A DNA stretch of 64,000 nucleotides, from the IMG/VR virus record IMGVR_UViG_3300027752_000013, positions 2,850-66,849 of that record. The stretch is one strand, 5' to 3'. How positions within the stretch are numbered: position 1 is the stretch's first letter; each line of letters opens with the position of its first letter. Below are positions 48,527-58,800 of the stretch, piece after piece. The notes under the pieces are model-generated. The model was not told the origin of the DNA. It did no database searches and was given only the letters and a program-made list of their open reading frames with translations. The position numbers and the translations under genes are program-made. Source of the stretch: a virus. Its lineage: Duplodnaviria > Caudoviricetes.

Positions 48527-48991
48527 ATGAAAAAGAAAAAAGTAAAGAAAGCTAATACAATAACAATAGGAAAACCAATAGTAAGGAAACCTATTGCTAA
48601 AAAAGTTGTAGTTAAAAAAGCAATAGTTAAACCTAAACCGGTTGTCAAAGAATATTTATCAGCTAGATATTCATTTGATATTATATCAATACAAACAGAT
48701 GCTGTAAAAAGAATTCTTGAAATTGGTTATACATATACTGGAACCTTACTTATTCCCAAATCACTTAAGAGTTCTAATGAACCAAATAGTATTTCAGTTA
48801 GTGGTACATATTTAATAAAAGCCTCTGACAATAATGATATACTAGATAAAGACATTAAATCTTTAAATAAGAAAGAAGTAGTTGTATTTTTAAAAGATTC
48901 TCTAAGAGATGATTATATATCAGGCATGAGAGACATTATTGCTAAAGAGTTGTTTCCAGGTTTAAAAAAGAATGAGGTTCTACCTTGGTAG
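48527..48991 (+). CDS. Tail fibre-associated protein/chaperone with Lys-rich N-terminus
   Basis: Ends in LPW; position after fibre genes. Confidence 0.5.
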   Translation: MKKKKVKKANTITIGKPIVRKPIAKKVVVKKAIVKPKPVVKEYLSARYSFDIISIQTDAVKRILEIGYTYTGTLLIPKSLKSSNEPNSISVSGTYLIKASDNNDILDKDIKSLNKKEVVVFLKDSLRDDYISGMRDIIAKELFPGLKKNEVLPW

Positions 48992-49006
48992 TTTAAAAAT
49001 TATTAT

Positions 49007-49014
49007 TATCTTTG
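49007..49014 (+). promoter_or_regulatory. Bacteroidota sigma-A -7 element
   Basis: TATCTTTG upstream of ATG 49046. Confidence 0.45.
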
Positions 49015-49045
49015 AAAAGTATACAAACATTTAAAACCAATTATA

Positions 49046-49309
49046 ATGGCAAAGAAAAGTAAAAAGATTTCTTCAAAGGAATTGACTGAAGTAAAAGAGC
49101 TTCAAAATCAAATCAATACATTACTAATGAACATTGGTAATGCAGAACTAGTTAAGAATCAATTAGTATCTAAACATTCAGAATTGCAAGCTGAATGGAA
49201 AACTTTAAGTGAATCATTAGAGACAAAATATGGTTCAGTTAATATTAGCCTTGAAGATGGTGCTATATCTGATATTGAAAAAGAAGATGCTTCTCTAGAA
49301 AAAGCTTAG
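49046..49309 (+). CDS. Small coiled-coil protein
   Basis: Heptad pattern; LETKYGSVNISLEDG. Confidence 0.65.
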   Translation: MAKKSKKISSKELTEVKELQNQINTLLMNIGNAELVKNQLVSKHSELQAEWKTLSESLETKYGSVNISLEDGAISDIEKEDASLEKA

Positions 49310-49375
49310 ATTTTATTCCCATAAGTGTTTACAAAATTTTTTAAAACTAGCATTAACTTGTTTGGTTTTAAAAAA

Positions 49376-49393
49376 TTTTGTATATTATAAATG
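49376..49393 (+). promoter_or_regulatory. Putative late promoter motif (TTTTGTATATTATAAATG)
   Basis: Recurrent motif. Confidence 0.45.
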
Positions 49394-49438
49394 TATAGTT
49401 TACAATACGGCAGTACATTATAGTAAAATAAAACATTT

Positions 49439-51667
49439 ATGATTCCAACAAACTCAAGCGGCACCACAAATGGATGTGACAGTATATCTTCTAATTGTGT
49501 AATATGGCAAGGACCGGACATCTCATGCATAGACTTATGTAATGGAGATTCTATTTCTGAAGTAGTATTCAAATTAGCTACTAAACTGTGTGATCTTATA
49601 GAAAGTGGGGTTGAGGCAAACCCTAATTTAACAGGGTTAGATTTATCATGTTTAGACTTACCAGGTACTGACCCTACTGAAATTGTACCTGTATTACAGG
49701 CTATGGTAGTGCAGATATGTGCTAATGCTGACACAACACCAGTTGTTACACGCCTTACTACTGCTAGCATGCCAATAATGACATTGCAGCAATGTTTAGA
49801 ATATAACGATGCAAATGGAAATCCTGTAACTGAATTACCTTTAGATGAGTATGCTACTCTTATAGCACAACAGGTATGTAGAAATGTTCAGGAAATAATT
49901 GACATTAAAGCTCAGATTGCCAATATAACTTCAAGATTAACTTTAATAGAAAATTGTGTGTTTGTTGGTGGTGTATGCCAAATTGGTACATCAGACGAAG
50001 TACAAATTATTCCAACCTGTGTTAGTACAGTTGGGCAATTAACAGATGTATCCGTTGTAGTACTGGCACTTGAAAGTGCTTTTTGTGCTTTGCGAGATGC
50101 TGTAGGTACACCAGCATTAATTAGTAATGCTGTAGCTCAAACAATAATAACTGGCTCAACATCAATGTTGAGTGTAGAAGGTGCAACATATAATTCAATA
50201 GGAGGTTACAATACATCACCTTCAACATTAGCACAGTCTGTGCAAAATGCATGGGTGGTTATTGATGATATGTATAATGCAATTCAAAGTATACAAACTA
50301 ATTGCTGCCCAGGCGGATGTGACTCAGTCATATTTGGATATACAACAGCAGTAAGATTAGATACAGTAGGAGTGATAGAAGCAATTAATTTTGATTTTAC
50401 TAGTTCTACAATACCTACTGGTTTTAATGATACATCAGGACGTTCACTAATTACACTTACTGATGCAAATGGATCTTCATTAAGTGAAGTAGTAAATGTA
50501 GCATCATTACAAAATAATGCATCCGGTATACAAATATCTACAGGATCATTAAATGTATTTCAAGACATAAGCATTACAGTTGACTTTGTAGTATCAAATG
50601 GAACTGACACATGTGAAACAAGAATAGCAAGTTTATCAAATGGAATTATACCATGCCCAACCGTGTTAGTAGGAACAGTAACCGGAACAGAAGCTGAATT
50701 AAGCTTTGCAAATAATTTAGGAATAACAGCTCAGTATACTTTAGATTTACTTCAAAGTTCTGTTGTAGTACAATCACATGTATTCAACAATCCAGGAGTA
50801 GGCTTATCACATAACTTTACAGGATTAACTCCTAATACAGCATATCAAGCTAGACTTACAGTAGTTATTGATGGGGCTACTAAGGTATGCCCAATACTAG
50901 TAGATGTTGTAACAGTTGCTGGTGCAGCACCATGTACAGAAGGTATGGATGTAGCATTTGTTATTGATTATACAGGTAGTATGAGTAATATTATAGATGG
51001 TGTAAAATCAGGTGTAGCTTCTCTTGTTAGTACAATAGATACAGCATCAGGATCTAATGACTATAGATTAGCATTAATTACTGCTGATGAAAGAGTTAAT
51101 AGTTCACCATTATATGCTTCTTGTGTAGACTATACAAGTTTACCAGCATCTCAAAGAGTTTCAAATTTAGGCTCTGGAGGAAATTATCAATTTATAACAT
51201 CATGGGAGCAATTTGCAAATAACAATGGTGCAACGTTTACAACACAATTAGATAAATTAAATGGAGGGGTAGATGGTACTTGTGTAAATCTTGGAGATGG
51301 TAATGGACTTCCTGAACCAACAGATTATGCATCTCAGTTAGTTGTAGGGGGTGCTGCATTAAGTGGAACTCTTAGAAGCAATGTAGCTAAGTATGTTATT
51401 ATTATAACAGATGCTTTACCAGGTGGAACATCTGATGCATTTAATGCAACAACATGGTCTGGTATTCAGTCAATGATTGCATTTGCAAATACTAATGGAA
51501 TTAAATATAATGTATGTGGACCTGGAGTAAATTTATCAGGAGTAATACCTCCTGTAACAGATCCTATTTTCCCATGGAGAGAATTAGCAACACAAACAGG
51601 TGGGGTTTGGAATGCATCTGCTGATGCATCACAAATTAGTGCTGATATAATAGCTGGTTGCTCATAA
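49439..51667 (+). CDS. Cys-rich virion protein: coiled coil + Ig/FN3 + C-terminal vWA domain
   Basis: FTGLTPNTAYQ (FN3); MDVAFVIDYTGSM and IIITDALP (vWA MIDAS). Confidence 0.75.
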   Translation: MIPTNSSGTTNGCDSISSNCVIWQGPDISCIDLCNGDSISEVVFKLATKLCDLIESGVEANPNLTGLDLSCLDLPGTDPTEIVPVLQAMVVQICANADTTPVVTRLTTASMPIMTLQQCLEYNDANGNPVTELPLDEYATLIAQQVCRNVQEIIDIKAQIANITSRLTLIENCVFVGGVCQIGTSDEVQIIPTCVSTVGQLTDVSVVVLALESAFCALRDAVGTPALISNAVAQTIITGSTSMLSVEGATYNSIGGYNTSPSTLAQSVQNAWVVIDDMYNAIQSIQTNCCPGGCDSVIFGYTTAVRLDTVGVIEAINFDFTSSTIPTGFNDTSGRSLITLTDANGSSLSEVVNVASLQNNASGIQISTGSLNVFQDISITVDFVVSNGTDTCETRIASLSNGIIPCPTVLVGTVTGTEAELSFANNLGITAQYTLDLLQSSVVVQSHVFNNPGVGLSHNFTGLTPNTAYQARLTVVIDGATKVCPILVDVVTVAGAAPCTEGMDVAFVIDYTGSMSNIIDGVKSGVASLVSTIDTASGSNDYRLALITADERVNSSPLYASCVDYTSLPASQRVSNLGSGGNYQFITSWEQFANNNGATFTTQLDKLNGGVDGTCVNLGDGNGLPEPTDYASQLVVGGAALSGTLRSNVAKYVIIITDALPGGTSDAFNATTWSGIQSMIAFANTNGIKYNVCGPGVNLSGVIPPVTDPIFPWRELATQTGGVWNASADASQISADIIAGCS

Positions 51668-51682
51668 AATAAAAAATAAAAA

Positions 51683-52249
51683 ATGGCTTGTAATTGTACA
51701 AAATGTAGTAATAAATGTAGTTGTGCTGATACAGCATTAACTAATGCATGTACTTATACTGATTGTAGTGTAGGTAGTGAAAGATGTAATGATGTTCAAA
51801 GTGCAGCATGTGTAAGCTATACGGGTACATCATTTCAAATAGGTGATACTAATAGTAAAATAGTTATAACCTCCGGTGAACGGTTGGATTCTATTATACA
51901 AAAGTTTTCTATGATACTATCAAATGGGTTAGGGGCTTGTACGTCTAATGATGTTCAGCATGATCCATATAATGTATATGCAGGTGTAATAACTAGTAGT
52001 ACTATCTCAGTATTGTGGAATGGTATATGGAGTAATAGCACGGGTATTAATATATATACTGCACCTCAAATAGGTGGAGGAAGTAATATCTGGACGCTAC
52101 AGAATAGTACACCAATTGTTACTAATGTAAATAATTTTACTATAACAAATTTAGTAGCAAGTACAGCATATAAAGTAAAAGTTGTTGATAACGGCAACAG
52201 TGCTGCATGCAAACCAATAGAGCTTTTAATTTCTACTCTAGCAGCATAA
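51683..52249 (+). CDS. Cys-rich virion protein with FN3 domain
   Basis: ITSSTISVLW...FTITNLVASTAYKVKV; N-terminus resembles 49439 (C.....CV.Y/W.G). Confidence 0.7.
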   Translation: MACNCTKCSNKCSCADTALTNACTYTDCSVGSERCNDVQSAACVSYTGTSFQIGDTNSKIVITSGERLDSIIQKFSMILSNGLGACTSNDVQHDPYNVYAGVITSSTISVLWNGIWSNSTGINIYTAPQIGGGSNIWTLQNSTPIVTNVNNFTITNLVASTAYKVKVVDNGNSAACKPIELLISTLAA

Positions 52250-52295
52250 AAAAACAACACGTGGTGGTTTGTTGGTTTTCTACTACAAACGTTGG

Positions 52296-52332
52296 AAGAG
52301 GCTGGATATATTCCAGTCTCTTTTTTTTTTCT
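52296..52332 (+). terminator. Intrinsic terminator
   Basis: AAGAGGCTGGA-TATAT-TCCAGTCTCTT + T tract. Confidence 0.8.
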
Positions 52333-52367
52333 TATCTTTACAATAAAAAAATCAAATTATTTAACTT

Positions 52368-53591
52368 ATGGATAATATAAAGCAAAAAGTTCTTGACAGT
52401 TTAAAATGGAAAAAGCACCCATCTTATTGTGCTGAAAAACTGAACATTACAGAAAAGCAGTATAAGAAAGTAAAAAAAGAATTATTAGCAGAAAGAAAAA
52501 ACAAAATAAAGAAATCAATATTTTTCAGTAAAGCTGCAGACAATGCACAAATTGCAGAAGCAATTGATTTAGAAAATGGAACTGGGAAGTTATCTGGAAC
52601 TTTTGATCATGAGCCTAAAAGTGCAGAAGAAATAATAATCTTACTAAAGATAGATACTGATAAATGGAAATTATCTCAGTATTGGAATAAACAAATGGGT
52701 GATCACTGGAGAGTTTCAGCATTAGTATCACAAATAAAAAATCCAGAAGAAAAACTATTTGAAGACTTACTGAAAAACTGGACTCCCAAAAAATATAAAA
52801 TATCAAATATACCTTATAAAAATAAATTTACTGATGATCCACATTGTGCAGTGATATCTCTACAAGATATTCATTTTGGAAAAGAAGGTAATGATACCAT
52901 AGATAAAGATTTTGAAGATACAGTTAAGAACTTAGTAAGTAGAGCAAATGCTATACATCACATAGAAACCATGTACTTTGTTGTAGGAGGTGATTTAATC
53001 AACATGGATACCTTTCAGGGCACAACTACAAGCGGAACACCTTTAGACAACTGTATGAGCGCTACAGAGGCTTATGTGCAAGCATTTGATGCAATGCATT
53101 GGGCAGTAACATATATTAAAGCTCACTGTGATAATTTAGTTGTAGTATATGTTCCTGGAAATCATGATAGACTTTCTTCTTTTCATTTAGCTCATGCTCT
53201 CTCAAGATCAATAGAGTGTGATAAAATAATATGGGATGTAAAATATGAAGAAAGAAAGGTTCATGTATGGCATAATAACTTTAATGCATTTGAACATGGT
53301 GATAAGCGTAGCAAGAATAATCCTTTAATATATGCATCAGAGTACCCAAAGGCTTGGGGTGACACAACAAATAGAACATTATTTAAAGGTCATATACATA
53401 CAGATAGAAAGGTTGAATATATGACATCAAATGAAACAGCAGGTTTTATAGAAAAGACTCTACCTAGCCTAGGTAAAACAGATTACTATCATTACAGCAA
53501 CAAATATGTAGGTAACAGACGTTCAGGTAAACTAGAAATACAACACCCTACTATGGGCAATATATGTGAATTAACTTACCAAGCATTGTAA
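52368..53591 (+). CDS. Calcineurin-like metallophosphoesterase
   Basis: DIHFG, GGD, PGNHD, EHGD, GHIH. Confidence 0.88.
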   Translation: MDNIKQKVLDSLKWKKHPSYCAEKLNITEKQYKKVKKELLAERKNKIKKSIFFSKAADNAQIAEAIDLENGTGKLSGTFDHEPKSAEEIIILLKIDTDKWKLSQYWNKQMGDHWRVSALVSQIKNPEEKLFEDLLKNWTPKKYKISNIPYKNKFTDDPHCAVISLQDIHFGKEGNDTIDKDFEDTVKNLVSRANAIHHIETMYFVVGGDLINMDTFQGTTTSGTPLDNCMSATEAYVQAFDAMHWAVTYIKAHCDNLVVVYVPGNHDRLSSFHLAHALSRSIECDKIIWDVKYEERKVHVWHNNFNAFEHGDKRSKNNPLIYASEYPKAWGDTTNRTLFKGHIHTDRKVEYMTSNETAGFIEKTLPSLGKTDYYHYSNKYVGNRRSGKLEIQHPTMGNICELTYQAL

Positions 53592-53629
53592 AGACCTTAC
53601 TTTTAATTTCATTAAGTGGTCTTTTTTTT
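53590..53629 (+). terminator. Probable intrinsic terminator, followed by a late-promoter-like motif
   Basis: AAGACC..ACTT...AAGTGGTCTT-TTTTTT, then GTAAATTATAAAT. Confidence 0.55.
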
Positions 53630-53650
53630 GTAAATTATAAATATAACTGT

Positions 53651-54217
53651 ATGATCAACAATTTTAAAAAACCTAATTTAAATGCTCCAAGATATAGAGA
53701 GAAAAGACTGGGGTTGTTAAATGAACAAACAATTAAAGAGTTTAAAGAAAAAAAGCCTTTGTACTCAGATATAGATAACGTTAAATTAAAAAAAATAATT
53801 AAATTATATAATGTCAAACTTTGGAATACTGTAGTAGAAAATAGAGATGGGGTAGAATTACCTGATTCATTAGGTTATTTGTTTATTGGAACATGTCCAT
53901 CTTCTAAATCTATTAATACAAATTATGCATTATCAAAACAATATGGTAAAGTTTTACAAAATAAAAACTGGGAGACAGATGGAAATTTAGGTAAAATATT
54001 TTATACAAACTACTCTACAAAGTATAGATTTAAAAATAGAGAGTTGTGGAGGTTTGTAGCATGTAGAGAATTTAAAAGAACTGTTGCAAAGAGTTACCCT
54101 AACAACTGGACAAAGTATTTAGTTATGAAAAATAAATATAAGGTGGCTCATTTATATGATGAAAACCCTGAAGAAACCAACAAAGCATTAAAGTATTATA
54201 ATGAATTTGAAAAATAA
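53651..54217 (+). CDS. IHF/HU-like protein preceding tail genes
   Basis: GVELPDSLGYLFI...WRFVACREFKR; matches crAss-like order IHF-ring-tubular-stabilization. Confidence 0.6.
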   Translation: MINNFKKPNLNAPRYREKRLGLLNEQTIKEFKEKKPLYSDIDNVKLKKIIKLYNVKLWNTVVENRDGVELPDSLGYLFIGTCPSSKSINTNYALSKQYGKVLQNKNWETDGNLGKIFYTNYSTKYRFKNRELWRFVACREFKRTVAKSYPNNWTKYLVMKNKYKVAHLYDENPEETNKALKYYNEFEK

Positions 54218-54222
54218 AAAAC

Positions 54223-54897
54223 ATGGCAACAATAGCAGACGTAGTATCTAGAATTAGAGGTCAAGTAAAAGCTGAAGTTCAAGATGCATTTACTACAGAT
54301 AGATATATTTACAGTCTAATTGAAAAGTATGCTCAAGTTTTAATGAGAAGGCAAGACTATGCAAATAAATTAATGAAGTTTAATTCAGTATGGAAAACAT
54401 TACCATATGTAGAATTGATTGACGTAGATAAAGTAGAAGCACACTGTGCTGGAATACAAAGTGGTTGTACAATAAAACGTACAAAACATAGATTACCTTC
54501 AATGTTTGAAGGTTACTGGGGCCCTCTAATACGTACCATTAGTTCAATAGATGGTTCACAAGAGCTACAAGGTACCCAACCTGGTACATATACTTCAATG
54601 ACTAAAACAACATCTTTTAGATATAACAACACGTTATATTTTTGGTGGTTAGATGGATATATTTATTGTCCAAATATAGCATGGGATGCAATTAAAGTTG
54701 AAGGTGTATTTGATTCAGACATTACAAAATGGAATTGTGACACAGAAGATGACTGTACACCTAGATATGAACAAGAAATTTACATACCTGAAGCATTGTT
54801 TGCTGAAATAGAAAGTCAAGTAATTCAGACTATGGTAGGTACATTAAAAATACCATCTGATGATTCAGATAATAAACGTAACCTAGCAAGAACATAA
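54223..54897 (+). CDS. Tail ring protein
   Basis: Position; TIADVVSRIR, YFWWLDGYIY, VEGVF. Confidence 0.6.
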   Translation: MATIADVVSRIRGQVKAEVQDAFTTDRYIYSLIEKYAQVLMRRQDYANKLMKFNSVWKTLPYVELIDVDKVEAHCAGIQSGCTIKRTKHRLPSMFEGYWGPLIRTISSIDGSQELQGTQPGTYTSMTKTTSFRYNNTLYFWWLDGYIYCPNIAWDAIKVEGVFDSDITKWNCDTEDDCTPRYEQEIYIPEALFAEIESQVIQTMVGTLKIPSDDSDNKRNLART

Positions 54898-54907
54898 AAC
54901 AATAATA

Positions 54908-55843
54908 ATGGGAGTATCACAAAAATATAGAACATTTAGTCAATTAATGGAAGACGTATCTATTGATTTTTCTAACTATGCGTTAGAAGGAATGATAGAA
55001 CCTGCTCAATTGATAAAAGTTGCAACTAGAGTAAACTATGATTTGGGTTTAAAGATTCATAGAACTAAAGAAGTAGTAATAGATATTGAACATGGAAAAG
55101 GGCAGTTACCATTTGACTTTCAATATTTAAATTATGCTTTTAAATGCGGAGAATATACAGTTAATAATACAATGCCTTCTGGTACTCATGTAGAAACTTT
55201 TAATGATGTACCCTATGTACCAGCGCCAGGTGAATCAGTACCATGTGAAGATGGGGAAGCATGTAAAGATGTATGTGTTGTTAAAACATGTAATGATACA
55301 AATAGTTATCAATTAGTACAAAGAGTTGGGGCAGGTCAATTTAGAACATTCACAGATTGGACTGAGCTAAGAATTAAAAATGTTAATGATAAAGTTTGCT
55401 ATTGCCCAAGTCTAGGTGCACAAGCAGTAGATATAGCAGAAATTAAAGATGGTTTTTTAATTACAACTTTCAACACAGGTAAGGTTTATTTAAGCTTTCA
55501 AGGAGCAATGGAAAATTCTGCTGGTGATTTACTAGTATTAGATCAACCATACTGTAATGAATATTATGAGTATGCAATGAAACAAAGAATATTAGAAAAC
55601 ATGGTTTGGAATGGTGAGAATGTTTCTCAGCAATTAGGTTTAGTTGAAACAAGATTAAGAGCCGCTAGAAATAATGCATTAAGTTTTGTTAATACACCAG
55701 ACTTTGCAGAAATGAGAAAGGTATGGACTATGAATAGAAGAGCGCAGTATCATAATTATTACAATATGTTTTTAAGTTATGCCCCTGTCAATCCTAGAGT
55801 TGTTACAGGACCTTCTACATTAGGATCATCAACATCATATTAA
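54908..55843 (+). CDS. Tail tubular/ring protein
   Basis: IEHGKGQLPFDF, DGFLITTFNTGKVYLSF; precedes the stabilization protein. Confidence 0.65.
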   Translation: MGVSQKYRTFSQLMEDVSIDFSNYALEGMIEPAQLIKVATRVNYDLGLKIHRTKEVVIDIEHGKGQLPFDFQYLNYAFKCGEYTVNNTMPSGTHVETFNDVPYVPAPGESVPCEDGEACKDVCVVKTCNDTNSYQLVQRVGAGQFRTFTDWTELRIKNVNDKVCYCPSLGAQAVDIAEIKDGFLITTFNTGKVYLSFQGAMENSAGDLLVLDQPYCNEYYEYAMKQRILENMVWNGENVSQQLGLVETRLRAARNNALSFVNTPDFAEMRKVWTMNRRAQYHNYYNMFLSYAPVNPRVVTGPSTLGSSTSY

Positions 55844-55857
55844 AGAAGTAATATATT

Positions 55858-58800
55858 ATGGCAAAAAAGAAATCTTCTTCACCAAGGGGTACACAGGGTC
55901 AAGGATCATCCTCAGTAAATACAAATTCATTTACAAAAGGAATGAACAAAGATGTTACACCTTCCTTTGAAAGTAAAGAGTCATGGTGGCATGCACGTAA
56001 TGTAGCAAACAATTCTGAAGATGGAGATTTAGGAATAATAGGGAATGAGCCATCAAATTTATTGTGTGGTGTTATCCCATATACTGTTATTGGAGCAATA
56101 CATAGATATGGTGATGAATGGATTATTTATTCTACGGATAATATAAATTCTGAGATAGGAACTTTTGATGATAGTGAATGTAAGTATACAGCTTTAGTAA
56201 ATGATCAATGTTTAAATTTTAATAAGAAATTTTTAATAACAGGTGCATCTAAAGAAAACTTTGACTGTACATGGCAAGTATATTGGGATGATGGAAACAA
56301 TCCATCTAGAACATTAAATATTGATAAGATCCCATGGAAACAAGAACAAATTACAGGTCCAGATATTAATGGATCTGATTGTGTTGAGTTTGCAGATATA
56401 ATACCAAGAACATTAAATTGTGAAAAAATAAGATTAGCACCGTTAGTAGATACACCTTGTGTTGAAATAACACAATCAGTTGATTCAGGTCAAGTAGCTA
56501 ATGGAGCGTATCAAGCATTTATAGCTTACACAGAAAATGAACAAAAAGTAGGAGACTATATTGGTATATCCAATATACAAACTATATTTAGTCATTTAGG
56601 TACTAATGGTTCATTAGATATATCTGTATCTAATTTAGATGAAAAGTATGACTATTATGAATTAGTTATATTAAGAAGAAATCAAGGTCAAACATCTGCA
56701 AAAAAGATAGGTCTATATAGTACTCAACAAAAGAAAATTAATATTGATTATATAGATGAGGCATTGGTTGCTATTGATTTAGTACAAATTCCTTTGATGA
56801 GTCCTGCTTATGAAAAGTCTGAATCAATGTTTGTTGTAAATGATTGGCTTATTAGACAAGGGCCTGTTGAACAATTTGATTTTAATTATCAACCTATTGC
56901 AAATGATATAAAAGTAGAATGGGTTACTAATTCAGTACCATCTAACTATTATCATAAAGGAGGAAATAAATATAATTTTTTACGGGATGAACAATATGCA
57001 TTTTTTATAAGATGGATATATAATACAGGTGAAAGATCTTCTTCATATCATATTCCAGGTAGAGCTCCAGAAGTAGTTAATATAGGAGGTGTACCATATA
57101 ATGAAGACCAACTTTTTAGTGGTGATAATGTATTAAATACTGTAGATGGTGAAAAATTATTTAAAGTATATAATACCGCTACTGTTGAAAGTACAGCTGT
57201 AAGTCAATTACCTGATGGCTCAACAATAACATCAAGAGGTAAAATGGGTTTTTGGGAATCAACAGAAAGATATCCAAATGAACCAGATATTTGGGGTGAC
57301 CTATGTGGTGAATTTATCAGGCATCATAAAATGCCCACAGAGGAAACCGGCCCTACTTTGGCTTTATCAAATACGGGAGATGATTTAATAAACCTTTTAG
57401 GAGTTCAATTTAATAATATTGGTAGACCTAAATATAATGATGGTACATATATTCCAAATGTAGTAGGTTATGAGTTATTAAAAGGCTCAAGACTAGGAGC
57501 TAAATCTATATTAGGAAAAGGCTTGTTTAGAAACATGCGTAAATATAAAGTACCTAATCCTGAAGACTTAATAGGTAATGGTGTACAGGGATTATATCCT
57601 AACCATCCATACAATGATTTAAGACCTGATGTATATTTTCAGAATGGAACAAATGATAAATTAACAAATGGGTGTGATAATTTTGGTGATTCAATAGATA
57701 GATTTAAACCTTTAGGTTTTGCAGGAATAGTAGATGGTGAACAATCAGGATATTCACAATCAGTTTTTACATTTTCATCACCTGACTTAAACTTTACAAA
57801 ACCGTTTTTAAATGCATATGAGACACGTTTATATGGTCAGATATCAGGTAGGTCATCAGGATACTTTATACCATCAGAAGATCATCCTAAACAAAAAATA
57901 ATAAGAGGTATTGCTGCATTTGCTTCAGCTATAATTGGGTTTGGATATGCAATACATCAATTAAGAGGTACTACTGGTAGAAATGCTACAAGCAATAGTA
58001 CTAACCTATCTAGTGTTACTGGAGAAGGAATAGAAATAGATGGAAAAAGACGTAGGGGTGGTCAATTATCAGTTACTACAGCATCTATTCCGCCAGTAGT
58101 AGTACTTGGAACTCAAGAAAGTGGTGGAGAAATTAGTGGTGGTCAATGGCAACAACCATGGGATAGTAGATTTGATGATTACATTGATGCTGCTAGAAAC
58201 GAGGCTATAAGATCTGGAGAAGATTCTGGAACTCTAATGAACGCTAGTGGAACAATAGATTTAGGTCCAGAGTCAGGAGCTCAAGGAGGATTTGGTTTAG
58301 CTGGTTTAGCTGATTTATATGCTGGTGCTAGTGGTACAGATAATGCTGAACAAAGAAACGCTGATAATAATGCTAAAGACGGTGCAATACCAGGTGTTCA
58401 AAGTGGTAAAGTAGAAACTACTAAATTAAAAGATACTAATATATCAAACTTACCAAGGTTTCTTAGGATAGCTACAAATATATTAAGTATGCAAACCAAC
58501 ATTGCCATTGCAGGTAATGAAATTATTGATGGTTTTTATAACTCAACTGATTTCCGTGATTACATGTGGAAGTACAATTCTGATGGGCAGTTTACAGATT
58601 TCACTCCTGTTAGTAGTGGTTTATGGAGAATTAAGAATGAAGACTCAAATTATATAGGTTCTTCTTTTCAAACTTTTGATAATGGTAAATATAAAATAAA
58701 TAATTTATTTAGACCAAACACAGTTGCTGTTTCATTAAGTAAAAATATAGATGATCCTACTGTTGAAGACAACTCTAGATTTGTGGTAGGAGGTTCAGTT

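Noticed and set aside
40329-49770. Minus-strand ORFs opposite fibre genes (e.g. 41433..41825, 45336..45638, 49306..49770)
   Set aside because: Shadow ORFs from the Thr/Gly codon bias of the real plus-strand genes (Val/Pro-rich translations)
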